The notes under the pieces: generated by a model | Database searches by the model: none | Told to the model about the DNA's origin: nothing | The model's input: the letters and a program-made list of their open reading frames with translations, nothing else | Made by a program: the position numbers and the translations under genes | Origin: Candidatus Aminicenantes bacterium | GTDB taxonomy: Bacteria; Acidobacteriota; Aminicenantia; Aminicenantales; UBA4085 | Length of the DNA stretch: 64,000 nt | Assembly: GCA_963803915.1 (NCBI GenBank) | Contig: CAWDOL010000014.1 | Location: forward strand, 99,987-163,986 | Direction: 5' to 3' | In this document: piece by piece, positions 32,906-43,015 of the stretch | Position numbering within the stretch: the first letter of the stretch is position 1 | How the letters are laid out: each line of letters starts with the position of its first letter

Positions 32906-33120
32906 GGTGGATATCTCTCCGAACGAACCCGAAATTTCGATCGAGATGGACATACTCTATACGCTGGAACCGGGCCGTTCGCTTCCTGAACGGATAAAGA
33001 AATCCTTGAGGGGGCCCTCCCGCTCACTAGTACTTCGGCCATAAAATTATGATACCAAAACCTATGTGTTGATGAACTGGTCCACGACGGCGGGCTCCGT
33101 GAGGAACGAGACGACCTTCA

Positions 33121-33200
33121 TAGCTGCGCCCCTTTTACAGCCTCTACCGCAAGATGGACGTCAAGAGCCGCCACGAGCTGATCCATAAGATCGGAGTCTA
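33121..33200 (+). pseudogene. Duplicated 3' fragment of the LuxR-family gene (SLYRKMDVKSRHELIHKIGVYG)
   Basis: ~75 bp nearly identical to 31500-31575. Forms direct repeats flanking the C25 peptidase gene. Confidence 0.6.
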
Positions 33201-33233
33201 CGGCGACGCGGACGGAGCGCCCGGGAAGGGCCA

Positions 33234-34721
33234 TCAGGACGATCGAGCGAGCAACAGATGGGCGGCCAGGAGCAGCGCCGCCGGGACGGCCAGGGCCGCA
33301 AACAGCCCCCAGCCCAAGCCCAGCAGGAGAAAGCCCAGAGCGGCGGCCGTCAGCGCGGCCAGGCTCTGCGGCAGCATGGTCTTGATGTGGTAGAGCGGCG
33401 GGATGCCGCAGGCGATTCCGGTCATCACCACCTTCTCCGAGTAGGGAATCAGATGTTCCCCCGCCACGGCTCCCGTGATGACCGCGCCGGAGAGGATGGG
33501 CAGCAGCGCCGGCTGGGCCAGGCCCAGGCTGTAGGCGACCGGGAGGATCAGGCTCATCGCCCCCCAGGAGAAGCCGGTAGCCACCGTCACGGCCGCGGCC
33601 AACAGGAAGCAGAGGGGAGGAAGAGCAGCGGGACCAAGCCAGGGGCCGATGGCCCCCGCCAGGTATGTGCCCGTCCCGAGGTCCACGGCCTGGCGAGAGA
33701 GGGCGGTGGCCAGGAGCATGATGAGAGAGACTTCGATCATGGCCAGCATGCCGCGGTGGAAGCTGCGCCGGATGTGAAGGTGCGACAGCACCCCATCCTT
33801 CCAGAGGAGCAGAGCCCCCACGGCCAGCGCCGCCAAAGTGGCCGCGATCAGGCCTTCGATCGGGTAGGCCCGGCGCAAGATCGTCTCGAGGCTCAGCGGC
33901 TCGCCGGCTTGCCGTGCGAACCAGGCGCCCGTGCCCAGCAACGCCGTGAAGGCGCCGCCCACCAGCACCGCCAGCGGGACGACGGCGTGGCGGGCGCGGG
34001 CGCCCTCGCCTTCGACGTTTTCGTCGAGGCGGGCGGGGAAGGACCGCTTGTCCGCCCGGGCGCCGAACCAGCGGCCCGTCCAGGCGACCGCCAAAGCCAG
34101 GCCTATCGCCAGGAAGGTGTAGAGGTGGTACGGCAGGGCCCGCAGGAAGAGAAGTGTGGCCGGAGCCTCGCGCCCGACCGAGGCGGCGGCCCTGGCCAAT
34201 TCCGAGCTCTCGAAGGCCGACCAGGTCGAAAGAAGCGCCGAGCTGGCCAGGATGGCGACCACGTCCACGATATAAGCCAGCATGGCCGGGGTCACCCGCA
34301 GCCGGTCCAGGACCGGACGCATGGCCGAACCGCTGATCAGGACGTTGGCGTAGTCGTCGAAAAACAGCCCGGCCGAGAGGCCCCAGGCGGCCATCCGGCC
34401 CCGGCGGGGTGTCGTCAGCCGCCGGGACAGGCGATGGGCCAGAGCGGCATAGGCCCCCGAGGCGCCGATCATCTCCAGCAGCCCGCCCACAAGGAGCAGG
34501 AAGATGACGATCTTGAGCTTGTCGACGTCGACCAGCCCGGCCGTCAGGGAAGCCCAGAAATAGCCGGCGCTGGGGGCGATGCGCCCCTGTCCCAGCACGA
34601 CCGCGCCGGTCAGGATCCCCAGCAGCAGCGCCAAAGGCAGCTTGCGGATGAAGACCGCGGCCAGGATGGTGACCAGGGCGGGCAGCAGGACGAGCAGGCC
34701 GGCGTCGGACATGGGGCTCAC
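33234..34721 (-). CDS. NhaC-family antiporter (Na+/H+ or substrate/product antiporter)
   Basis: 495 aa, about 12 TM, NhaC-family signature segments. The start overlaps the decarboxylase stop by 4 nt (operon). Confidence 0.7.
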   Translation of the reverse strand: MSPMSDAGLLVLLPALVTILAAVFIRKLPLALLLGILTGAVVLGQGRIAPSAGYFWASLTAGLVDVDKLKIVIFLLLVGGLLEMIGASGAYAALAHRLSRRLTTPRRGRMAAWGLSAGLFFDDYANVLISGSAMRPVLDRLRVTPAMLAYIVDVVAILASSALLSTWSAFESSELARAAASVGREAPATLLFLRALPYHLYTFLAIGLALAVAWTGRWFGARADKRSFPARLDENVEGEGARARHAVVPLAVLVGGAFTALLGTGAWFARQAGEPLSLETILRRAYPIEGLIAATLAALAVGALLLWKDGVLSHLHIRRSFHRGMLAMIEVSLIMLLATALSRQAVDLGTGTYLAGAIGPWLGPAALPPLCFLLAAAVTVATGFSWGAMSLILPVAYSLGLAQPALLPILSGAVITGAVAGEHLIPYSEKVVMTGIACGIPPLYHIKTMLPQSLAALTAAALGFLLLGLGWGLFAALAVPAALLLAAHLLLARSS

Positions 34722-36697
34722 ACGAAACAGTTGTTCCCCATCTCGTGGCCCTGCCGCTGAAGCTCGCGCTCTTCGTCGGCCGTGATCACGTTGAGCAGGC
34801 CGTCGTGCAGGCCGTGGATCTCGACGCCGTAGTCCCGGTAGGCGACCAGTTCGTCGATGATGGCCCGCGGTTGACGACCTGCCCGGGGACGAGCAGCGGG
34901 ATGCCGGGCGGATAGGGCACGACCATGGCCGTGGCGATACGGCCCTCGGCCTCGCGCAGGGGGATCTTCTCGCCGTCGCAGTAGAAGGCGAACCGGGGCC
35001 GGTACTTGATCGGCGAGAGCTCGAGCCGGAACTCGCGCCGGGCCTTGGCGCTGTCGGCCTCGCGCCGGCTGCCGCTCATGCGCTCGATGTTCTCCAGGGC
35101 GATGAACAGGCGGTTGAGCTTGCTCGTGGTGGCCCCGATGGTGATGAGCACGGTCAGGGTGTTGAAGGTGCTCTTCTCGATCTGGATGTTGTGCTTGGCG
35201 AGGAGGGTGCGCTCGATCTCGCGCGAGTCGTAGCCCGAGCCCGAGACGTCGATCGTCAGCTTGGTCCGGTCCAGGCGGAGGTTGTCGCCGCGGACCTCGT
35301 CGGCGATGAGATCCTCGAGGTCCAGCACCCGGAACTTCTCCAGGCTGTTGATGGACCGCCGCAGCGAGTCGCTGAGGTCGAGGATCCGCTGCAGCATCCC
35401 GAAGCCCTCCATGGCCATCTGGCGGCGGGCCACGTCGAGGCTGGCGATCATCGGGTACTGGGGGCTGGTGCTGGCCAGCATGTTGAAGTTCTCGCGGAAG
35501 AAGCCCTCGATCCGCTCGAAGTCGGGGTCCTGGACGTGGATCATCGAGGCCTGGCTGAAGGCGCTCATGGTCTTGTGCGTGCTCTGGGTGGCGTAGTCCG
35601 CGCCGGCGGCCATGGCCGAGGGGTAGAAGGCCGGATGGAACCCGGCGTAGCCGTACCAGGCTTCGTCCACGATGACCTTGATGCCGCGGGCATGGGCTTC
35701 GTCGACGACGGCCTTGATGTCGTAGACCAGTCCGTCGTAGGTGCAGTTGGTCAGGATCAGGGCCTTGAGCTTCTTTGCCCGCCGCCAGGGCCTGGTCCAT
35801 CGACTTGACGATGTCGGCCTTGGGGACGGGCCCGAAGATGCCGTAGCGGTTGTTGACGCTGGGCTTGAGATAGACCGGCTCGGCCCCGGCGATGACGACG
35901 CCGTAGTGGACGCTCTTGTGGCAATTGCGGTCGAGGAGGATGGCCTCGCCCGGCTTGAGCAGGGTCTGGATCAGGACCTTGTTGGCCGTGCTGGTGCCGT
36001 TGGTGGCGAAGAAGGTGTAGCGGGCGCCGAAGGCCCGCGCGGCCAGGTCCTGGGCCTCCTTGATCACGCCCTTGGGGTCGAGCAGCGAGTCGAGCTCGGG
36101 CACCGAGACGCTGAGGTCGGACTGGAAGACGTGGGGGCCGAAGAAGCGGAAGAACTCGCCCGCGGCCAGGCTGGACTTGACCGAGTCGCCGCCCGAGTGG
36201 CCGGGCGTGTGCCAGGCGTCGCGGGCCTGCAGGGCGTACTCGCGCAGCTTGTCGAAGAAGGGGGCGCGGTCCTTGGAGCTGATGATCTCGGCCCGGATCT
36301 TCTTGGCGATCTCGTCGTAGTCGCGGTCGGGCTTGAAGAAGTAGCCGTTGGTGTAGCCGCCGGCGCTGAACAGGGTGCAGTCGCGCTCGGCGGTGAAGAG
36401 GAAGATGTTGACCTCGAAGCGCAGGGCCAGGATGCGCTTGAAGAGGTCCACACCCTCGACGGTCGAGGCCGACTTGCGGGCCAGGGGCAGGCGCCACTCG
36501 GTCAGGACGGCGTGGATGCCGCCGTCGCGCCGAAGCTCCGCCTCGGCGTCCTGCCAGGTGGAGACGCCGACGGTTTTGAAGCCGCGGCTCCGCAGCTCGC
36601 GCATCTCGTCCTTGAGCTCGCGCGAGCCGGGGGTCATCAGCAGCACCCGGTAGGCGGGCGGGCGGTCCGAGGGACAGGGGCACCGTTGGGCGGACAT
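34718..36697 (-). CDS. Orn/Lys/Arg decarboxylase, large 'biodegradative' type with N-terminal wing domain (AdiA/CadA/SpeF-like); two compensating 1-bp frameshifts (~35770 and ~34865)
   Basis: Wing domain (YRVLLMTPGSRELKDEMRELRSRGFKTVGV). PLP-lysine context STHKT. Middle 300 aa readable only in the alternate frame. C-terminus IIDELVAYRDYGVEIHG back in frame. Confidence 0.8.
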   Translation of the reverse strand: MSAQRCPCPSDRPPAYRVLLMTPGSRELKDEMRELRSRGFKTVGVSTWQDAEAELRRDGGIHAVLTEWRLPLARKSASTVEGVDLFKRILALRFEVNIFLFTAERDCTLFSAGGYTNGYFFKPDRDYDEIAKKIRAEIISSKDRAPFFDKLREYALQARDAWHTPGHSGGDSVKSSLAAGEFFRFFGPHVFQSDLSVSVPELDSLLDPKGVIKEAQDLAARAFGARYTFFATNGTSTANKVLIQTLLKPGEAILLDRNCHKSVHYGVVIAGAEPVYLKPSVNNRYGIFGPVPKADIVKSMDQALAAGKEAQGPDPDQLHLRRTGLRHQGRRRRSPCPRHQGHRGRSLVRLRRVPSGLLPLGHGRRRGLRHPEHAQDHERLQPGLDDPRPGPRLRADRGLLPRELQHAGQHQPPVPDDRQPRRGPPPDGHGGLRDAAADPRPQRLAAAVHQQPGEVPGAGPRGSHRRRGPRRQPPPGPDQADDRRLGLGLRLARDRAHPPRQAQHPDREEHLQHPDRAHHHRGHHEQAQPPVHRPGEHRAHERQPARGRQRQGPARVPARALADQVPAPVRLLLRRREDPPARGRGPYRHGHGRALSARHPAARPRAGRQPRAIIDELVAYRDYGVEIHGLHDGLLNVITADEERELQRQGHEMGNNCFV

Positions 36698-36914
36698 GTT
36701 CGTGAATCCTTATGGGGCGGGTTTCGGGGGACAGTCCCCATCCCCGGCCGTTCGCTAGGCGCCGGGGGCTGAAAACCGTTGATTACAATACACCATCGGG
36801 CGAAAAAAGGAAAGTCCACCCGCGCTTCCCAGCCTTCGAAATAGAAAGGGGCGCCGGCCCTCCCCCGTTTCGAGGGAAGGACGGCGCCCCTGGTTGGACG
36901 CTTCGATCGAAGGC

Positions 36915-39096
36915 TTAGAACTCGACCAACCCGGCCATCTTGAGGATGGTCAGGTAGTTCATGATCCCCTTGATCGTCGACTTGCGCTGGAACTGCCCGT
37001 CCAGCATGGCCCTGATGTCCAGCACGCTGTGCTTGCCGTCGCTGAGGAGTTGGACCTCGGTCGGGTTGGTCAGCTCGGCGGCGTAGGGATACTTGGCCCG
37101 CTCGGCCGCCGGCACCTGGTCGATGTACTTGCGATAACCGGTATAGCCGTCCGCCTTGACCTTGGCCGTCGCCTTGGGGAAGATCTTAGCCGCTCTCTTC
37201 TCTTCCTCGCTCATGGCCAGGACGACGGGCTTCACGCCCAAGCGCTGCGCCGCGGCCTCCATGTGGGCCTGCAGGGCGGCCCGGTTGGCCATGCCCATGG
37301 CTTCGACGCTGGCCTTCAGCTTGGCCACGGTAGCGCCCACGGCGGCCTTGTTCGCGGCCAGCTCCAGAGTCGAGTCAAGGGTGTCCTTCTCGTTGATGAC
37401 CGCGGCATCGATGAAGGAGCGGGCCAGGCGGTACGCCTCGGCCAGGCCGTCGGCGCTCGCCCCGTTCATCGCCTCCAGCCCGACCATCATCTGGTGGCCG
37501 AGCGCGGCGGGCGGCGTTGGAGGTGATCTCCGAGGCCAGCTTGACGGTCGCGGCATCGTCGGCCGAAGCCACCGTGTAGGCGCCCGCGGCCCCGATCAGC
37601 GGCGGCCCGCTTCATCTGGGTGGCGTCGGACTTGTCGGCCGTGTCGCCGCTGGTGTGGTACCAGCGATCGGGCCAGGCGATCATCATGATCCCGGGCACG
37701 CCGACGCCCCAGTCGTTGAAGACCTCGTGGTCGGAGGCGCCGTAGTGGGTCTCGATGGAGTACCAGAACGGCTCGTCCGCGCCGAAGGGGGCGACGATCC
37801 GGACCGGCACCTTGAAGGCCGTGCTGCGGTTCTGGATGCCGCTCGCGGTTGCCCTCGCCGACGTAGCGGTAGATGTTTTCCATGACGTCGTTGATGTAGT
37901 GGGCGTTGCCGTAGGTCGTCCGCATCATGCAGAAGAAAGCCTGGTTCTTGCTCAGCCACTCCCCGACCATGTCCATGTTGATGTTGCAGAGGGTCTTGGC
38001 CATGATGTCCTTGTGCTCGCCGACCCACTTGCCGATGCCGGAGAACTCGGGCCCCCAGACCCAGCGGATGGTCCGCTTGGGCTGGGGCAGGCGTGCCGTC
38101 GTCGATGAGCGTCTTGAGGACGCGGGCCGACTCGAGGATGGCGGCGCTGCCCGACGTGTTGTCGTTGGCGCCCTGCTTGGAGATGCCCTCGAAGCTGTGG
38201 GCCGAAAAGATGACTTCGCCGGCGGTCGGATCGGTGCCGGGGATGGAGCAGGTCACGACTTCCATGTTGTACTTGACCTGGTTGGACTTGATCTTGACCT
38301 GGACGGTGATCTTCTCGTTGGCCATCAGGCGCTGCTTCAGGATCTCGCCTTCGCGGACGGGAAGCTGGAAGCCGAACTTGGGCGGCTGGGGCGGGGCCGA
38401 GGCGTCGAGCGGCCGGCGGCGTCGCCGCCGCGGAGCCGCCGCGCATGCCGCCGCCGACCGATGCTCGCCCAGCGCGCATCTGGCAGGGGTCGACGTAGTG
38501 CCGCGGACACGGGATGCGCCACGATGCCCAGGGCGCCCTTCTGGTTGCAGGCCAGGTTGTAGACCTGGCCCATCGAGCCCTCGGTGACCACGATCTTGCC
38601 CTCGACCTTGGCCGCCTCGATTTCGGCCGGCGTGCCGCGGCCGACCCAGACCAAGTCCGCCGTCAGGTCGGTGTCGGCGCTGCCGGAGGCCAGCTGGACG
38701 ATGTTGTCCTCGATGGACGCGATCTTGCGCAGGCCGGGCTTGACCTCCCAGATCGAGCCCTGGACCGCGTCCCAGGTCTCGCCGGCGGGGTACTTGATCA
38801 GCTCGGCGTCGGCGAATCCGTACCGCTTCAGCCGGATCATCATGGCCTCGGACTCCCAGAGCGTGCCCGGCCCATTCCTCGGGCTGGCGGTCGCGCATGT
38901 AGGTGGCGATGTCCTGGATGGTGGCCAGGGCGGCCTCGCCCGAGGCCTCGCCCACGATCAGGTCCATGTGCGCCTTGGGCAGCAGGGTCCAGTACAGCCA
39001 GGGCGTGTACTGGGCCGTGGCGCTGCCGGTGAAAACGATCAGGGCCGCGCCGCCGACCAGGGCGAGCGCGGCCACTCCGACGAGCAATCGTTTCAT
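36915..39096 (-). pseudogene. M28-family metallopeptidase with PA-like domain, at least 5 frameshifts
   Basis: Signal peptide MKRLLVGVAALALVGG. M28 metal-ligand context GANDNTSGSAAILE. Pieces lie in three frames (38337-38843, 37596-38003, 37487-37810, 36915-37556 ORFs). Confidence 0.55.
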
Positions 39097-40457
39097 GAGG
39101 TGCCTCCTGAAAGGTTGGACGATAGGACGGAGCCCGATCTTCCCGTTGCGATCGGCCGACCGGGAATGCCGCCGGGGCCGGGCACGGCTCGCCCGGGCTG
39201 CAAGAGTCTATCGGCGCGAACGGCTGCTCGATGGAGACGGCCTCCATCCCGCCCAGATGGCGGGCGCCGTCCTCGGTGACGACCATGCAGTCCTCGGTCC
39301 GGATGCCGAACTCGCCGTAGATGTAGACGCCCGGCTCGTTGGAGAAGGTCATCCCGGGCTCGAGCTTGAGGGTGTTGCCCTTGACCAGATAGGGGTACTC
39401 GTGGCCTTCCAGCCCGATGCCGTGGCCGAGCCGGTGGGCGAAGTGCTTGTAGCCGGGGCCGAAGCCCGCGTCTTCGATGACCTTGCGGGCGGCGGCGTCC
39501 ACCGACTCGCAGGTCGCGCCCGGCCGGGCGGCCTGCGAGCGCGGCGGCCTGGGCTTTGCGGACGATGTCCCAGATCCTGACCATCTTGTCGCCAGGCTTG
39601 CCGAAGACGATGGTCCGGGTGACGTCGGAGCGGTAGCCCTCGACACCGGCAGCCGCCGTCGACCATGATGATCGTACCCTCGCGACGGGTCCGCGGGATG
39701 CGAGAGCCGTGCGGGAAGGCGGTGTTGGGGCCGAACTGGGGCCCGCCGCCCCCGGCCGCCCCCAGCTTGGCTGGGCGGCGGCGATGGCCGCCGGCCAGGT
39801 CGCGCGGCGTCATGCCCTCGCGGACGCCGGCGGAACGCCCTCGCGAAGGCCAGCTTGGCGATCCGATTGGCCAGGTCGAGATAGGCGATCTCCTTGGCCG
39901 TCTTGGTCCCCCGGCAGCCGTCCGTGACGACGGCGCCGTCGGCCGTCTCGATCCCGGCGGCGTCCCTCTGCAGGCCGTAGACCTGGAAGGCGCTGAGATT
40001 GGGCGCCAGGCCCAGGCGCCGGCCGCCCAGGTCGCGGACGGCACCGCCGATCAGGGCGTAGGGGCTCTCGTGCTCCTCCCAGACCCGGACCTCGTCGCCC
40101 GCCGGGAGTGCTCTCCTTGGCCCGCTCGAGCTCGAAGGCCGGGCAGACCCAGACGGGGCGGCCCTTGCGGTTGAGGATGGCGCCGAAGGTCCGCTCGCTC
40201 GTCCCCCAGGAGACCGTCGTGAAGTAGGACCAGGTTCGTCCCGCCGCCCACGAAGACGGCATCCTGGCGGTTCGCGGCCATCAGGACGCGGGCCCGCTCC
40301 AGCCGCGCCTCGTAATCCGCCGGGCCGAGGGGCTTGAGGCCGGCGGCCAGGCTCTGGCCGGACGTCCCCGCCGTCTGGGCGCCGACGCGTCTTCGAGCAG
40401 ACCGGGCAGGGCCACGGACAGGCCCCCGAGCTTCAGGAAATCGCGACGCTGGATCAT
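39093..40457 (-). pseudogene. M24-family Xaa-Pro peptidase (creatinase-N + pita-bread fold) with Tat signal, at least 5 frameshifts
   Basis: Tat motif MIQRRDFLKLGG. M24 motifs HRLGHGIGLEGHE, GMTFSNEPGVY, EDCMVVTEDG. Spread over three frames. Confidence 0.55.
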
Positions 40458-40663
40458 GGATGCCTCCAAAAAGAATGCGGCGCGAACACGATTTTCGGAC
40501 TCTATCACCCGCCTTCCACGATGTCAAACCGATCGCCGACCGATCGGCCCGGCACCGGCGCCTCCCGGTGCCAGGTTTCGTTGACATTTCAGCCGCCTCT
40601 CGGGTACCTTTAGGGGCGTATTTTTACGTCCCGACAGCCCGGAGAACCCGCAAGGAGGCATAG

Positions 40664-40898
40664 ATGTTTCTGTTTGGAACGCTTGGTCCGCAGGAACTGA
40701 TCCTCATCCTGCTCATCGTGGTCATCATCTTCGGCGCCAAGAAGCTGCCCGACCTGGGCAAGCTCCCTGGGCGAAGGCATCAAGAACTTCAAGGGCTCGG
40801 TCAGCGGCAAGGACAAGGACAAAGACAAGGACGACGACAAGACCGCTCCCCCTCCAACAAGGACTGATGCAGCGGACGATCGAGAAACTGGCCGGTGA
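40664..40898 (+). CDS. tatA: Sec-independent translocase TatA/E (1-bp insertion frameshift ~40775)
   Basis: MFLFGTLGPQELILILLIVVIIFGAKKLPDLGK. After removing one C of ctccc the frame reads SLGEGIKNFKGSVSGKDKDKD... Confidence 0.65.
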
Positions 40899-42035
40899 TC
40901 GGCGCCGGCTCGAAGAACGTTTCCGAACATCAAGTCGATTCCCTCAAGGCCGCTTCCCGCGAGCTGGCCGGGCTGAAAGTCCGTCTGGCCGCCGACGCCG
41001 CGCCCGGGCGCAAGGGCGGCCTTTTCGCGGCGAAAGCGGAGTCCGCTCTCCCCTCCCTCTTCGACGAAAGCCTGCGCCTGACGGCCGGGCTGGCCGAGGC
41101 CGCCGCCGCGCTGGCGGAGACGGCCGACGCCCTGGCCGAGGCCCGGGACAAGGAGTGGGACGCCCTGGGCAACAATCACCTCGGCACTCCTCGTCCAAGG
41201 CCTGGAAAGCCGGGTCGAGCGCCTGGCTGCCGCTTCCGAGGACGCCGCCGCCGTGAGCCGGACCTTCGTCCATCTGCAGGATCAGCTCGGCCGGCTGCTC
41301 GGCGCCCTGCAGGACAAGCGCCTGCCGACGCCGGTCGAGGTCGGACGGGTGCTGGAGCCGCTGCAGGATTGGCGCTACACCCGCTTCGAGAACCGCCACC
41401 GCGGCTCGCGCGAGGAAGTCCGCGGCCAGCTCGAGCCTTATCTCGACCTGCTGCCCGCCGGTGGCACGATTCTCGACCTGGGCTGCGGCCGGGGCGAGCT
41501 GCTGGAGCTTCTGCGGCGAGCGCGGCTTCCGAGGCTCCGGTGTGGACCTCAACGCCCAGATGATCGCGTCCTGCAGGGACAAGGGATTGCAAGCCGAGCA
41601 GGCCGATCTGCTGGAGGCCCTGGCCGGCCGGGCGGACGCCTCTCTCGACGGGATCGTCGCCGTCCAGGTCATCGAACACATCCCGCAGGCCTCCCTCGAA
41701 CGCCTGGTCGAGCTGGCCGCGGCCAAGCTCGCCCCCGGCGGCGTCCTACTGCTCGAAACGATCAACCCGACCTCGGTCTACGCCCTGGTCCATGCCTTCT
41801 TCGCCGACCCGTCGCACCGCTCCCCCGTGCACCCCGAGACCCTGCGCTTCCTGATGGAGGCGGCGGGTTTCGGTGAAGACGGAGATCATCTACTCCGGCC
41901 GCATCGAGCCGGAGCGCCTGATTCCGGTCCCCGGCGCGGGCGAAGCCGCCCTGGCCCTGAACCGGAATTTCGACAAGCTCAACCGGCTGTTGTACGGCGC
42001 CCCCAACTACGCGGCCATCGCGCGGAAGGCCTGAC
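40867..42035 (+). pseudogene. Class I SAM-dependent methyltransferase with N-terminal coiled-coil region, at least 3 frameshifts
   Basis: Motif I ILDLGCGRGELLELL. Post-I VQVIEH, PGGVLLLET. Pieces in three frames (40867, 41253, 41461 ORFs). Confidence 0.5.
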
Positions 42036-42947
42036 ATGGCCGTCTTCGCCGGATTCGACCTCGGGGGATCCGGCCTCAAGGCCGGCCTGGCGGACGAGCG
42101 GGGCAGCGGTTCTCCACAGCCAACGCGCTCCCAGTCCGGCCACGGCCGACGAGTTTTTCAGCTCGGTCGAGACGCTGTGGCAAGGGCTTCAGAATCACGC
42201 ACGCCCGAGCCGATCCGGGCCGCCGGCTTCGGCCTGCCCGGCCTGTTCGATCTGCAAAGCCGCCGCATTCTGGAATCGCCTCACACGGGCGGGCTCGACG
42301 GCGTCGAGATCGAAGCCGCCCTGGAGCGCCTCCTGGGAGTTCCCGTGCGGGCGGACAACGACGCCAACCTGGCCGCCTTCGGCGAGTGGCGGCACGGCGC
42401 GGGCCGCGACGTGCGGAATATGATCCTTTTGACCATCGGGACGGGCATCGGCGCCGGCGTCATCGCCGACGGCAGGCTTCTGCGCGGCGGGCACGGCTAC
42501 GCCGGGGAAGCGGGCCACATGCTCCATCCGCCCCGACGGCGAGCCCTGCGCCTGCGGCGGGCGGGGCTGCCTCGAGACCGAGGCCTCGGCCCGGGCCATC
42601 GTCCGCCGCTACCTCGCCGCGACCGGCTCGCGGGAGCCGCTGACGGCCGAGGATGTTTCGGCCCGGGCCTCCGCCGGGGACGCCGAAGCCCGCCGGGCCG
42701 TCGACGAGACCGCCCGCTGCCTGGGCCTCGGACTCGGCATCCTGATCAACCTGTTCAATCCCGAGAAGATCCTGCTCGGAGGCGGCGTCCTGGGCGCGGG
42801 CCGGGCTTTTCTCGAGCCCGCGGCCGAGGAAGCCGGCCGGCGAAGCTTCAAGAGCGCCTACCGGACCTGCCGGATCGAACCGGCCGCCCTGGCCAACCTG
42901 GCCGGCATCGTGGGCGCCGCAGCCTGGGCCGCGGAATACGCGGCTTG
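42036..42947 (+). pseudogene. ROK-family sugar kinase/repressor (glucokinase-like), frameshifted
   Basis: MAVFAGFDLGGSGLKAGLADERG. GEWRHGAGRDVRNMILLTIGTGIGAGVI. Zinc motif CACGGRGCLE readable in another frame. Confidence 0.55.
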
Positions 42948-43015
42948 AAATCCGAGCCGGAAGCAACGATTGAGCCCCGAAACATGTATCATGAGTAGAC
43001 GACGAGGAGACCTTA

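Noticed and set aside
31718-32953. Longer N-terminal extension of the C25 peptidase from ATG 32953
   Set aside because: The extension (MSISIEISGSFGEIST) precedes a clear signal peptide starting at Met 32905, so the shorter start is more likely.
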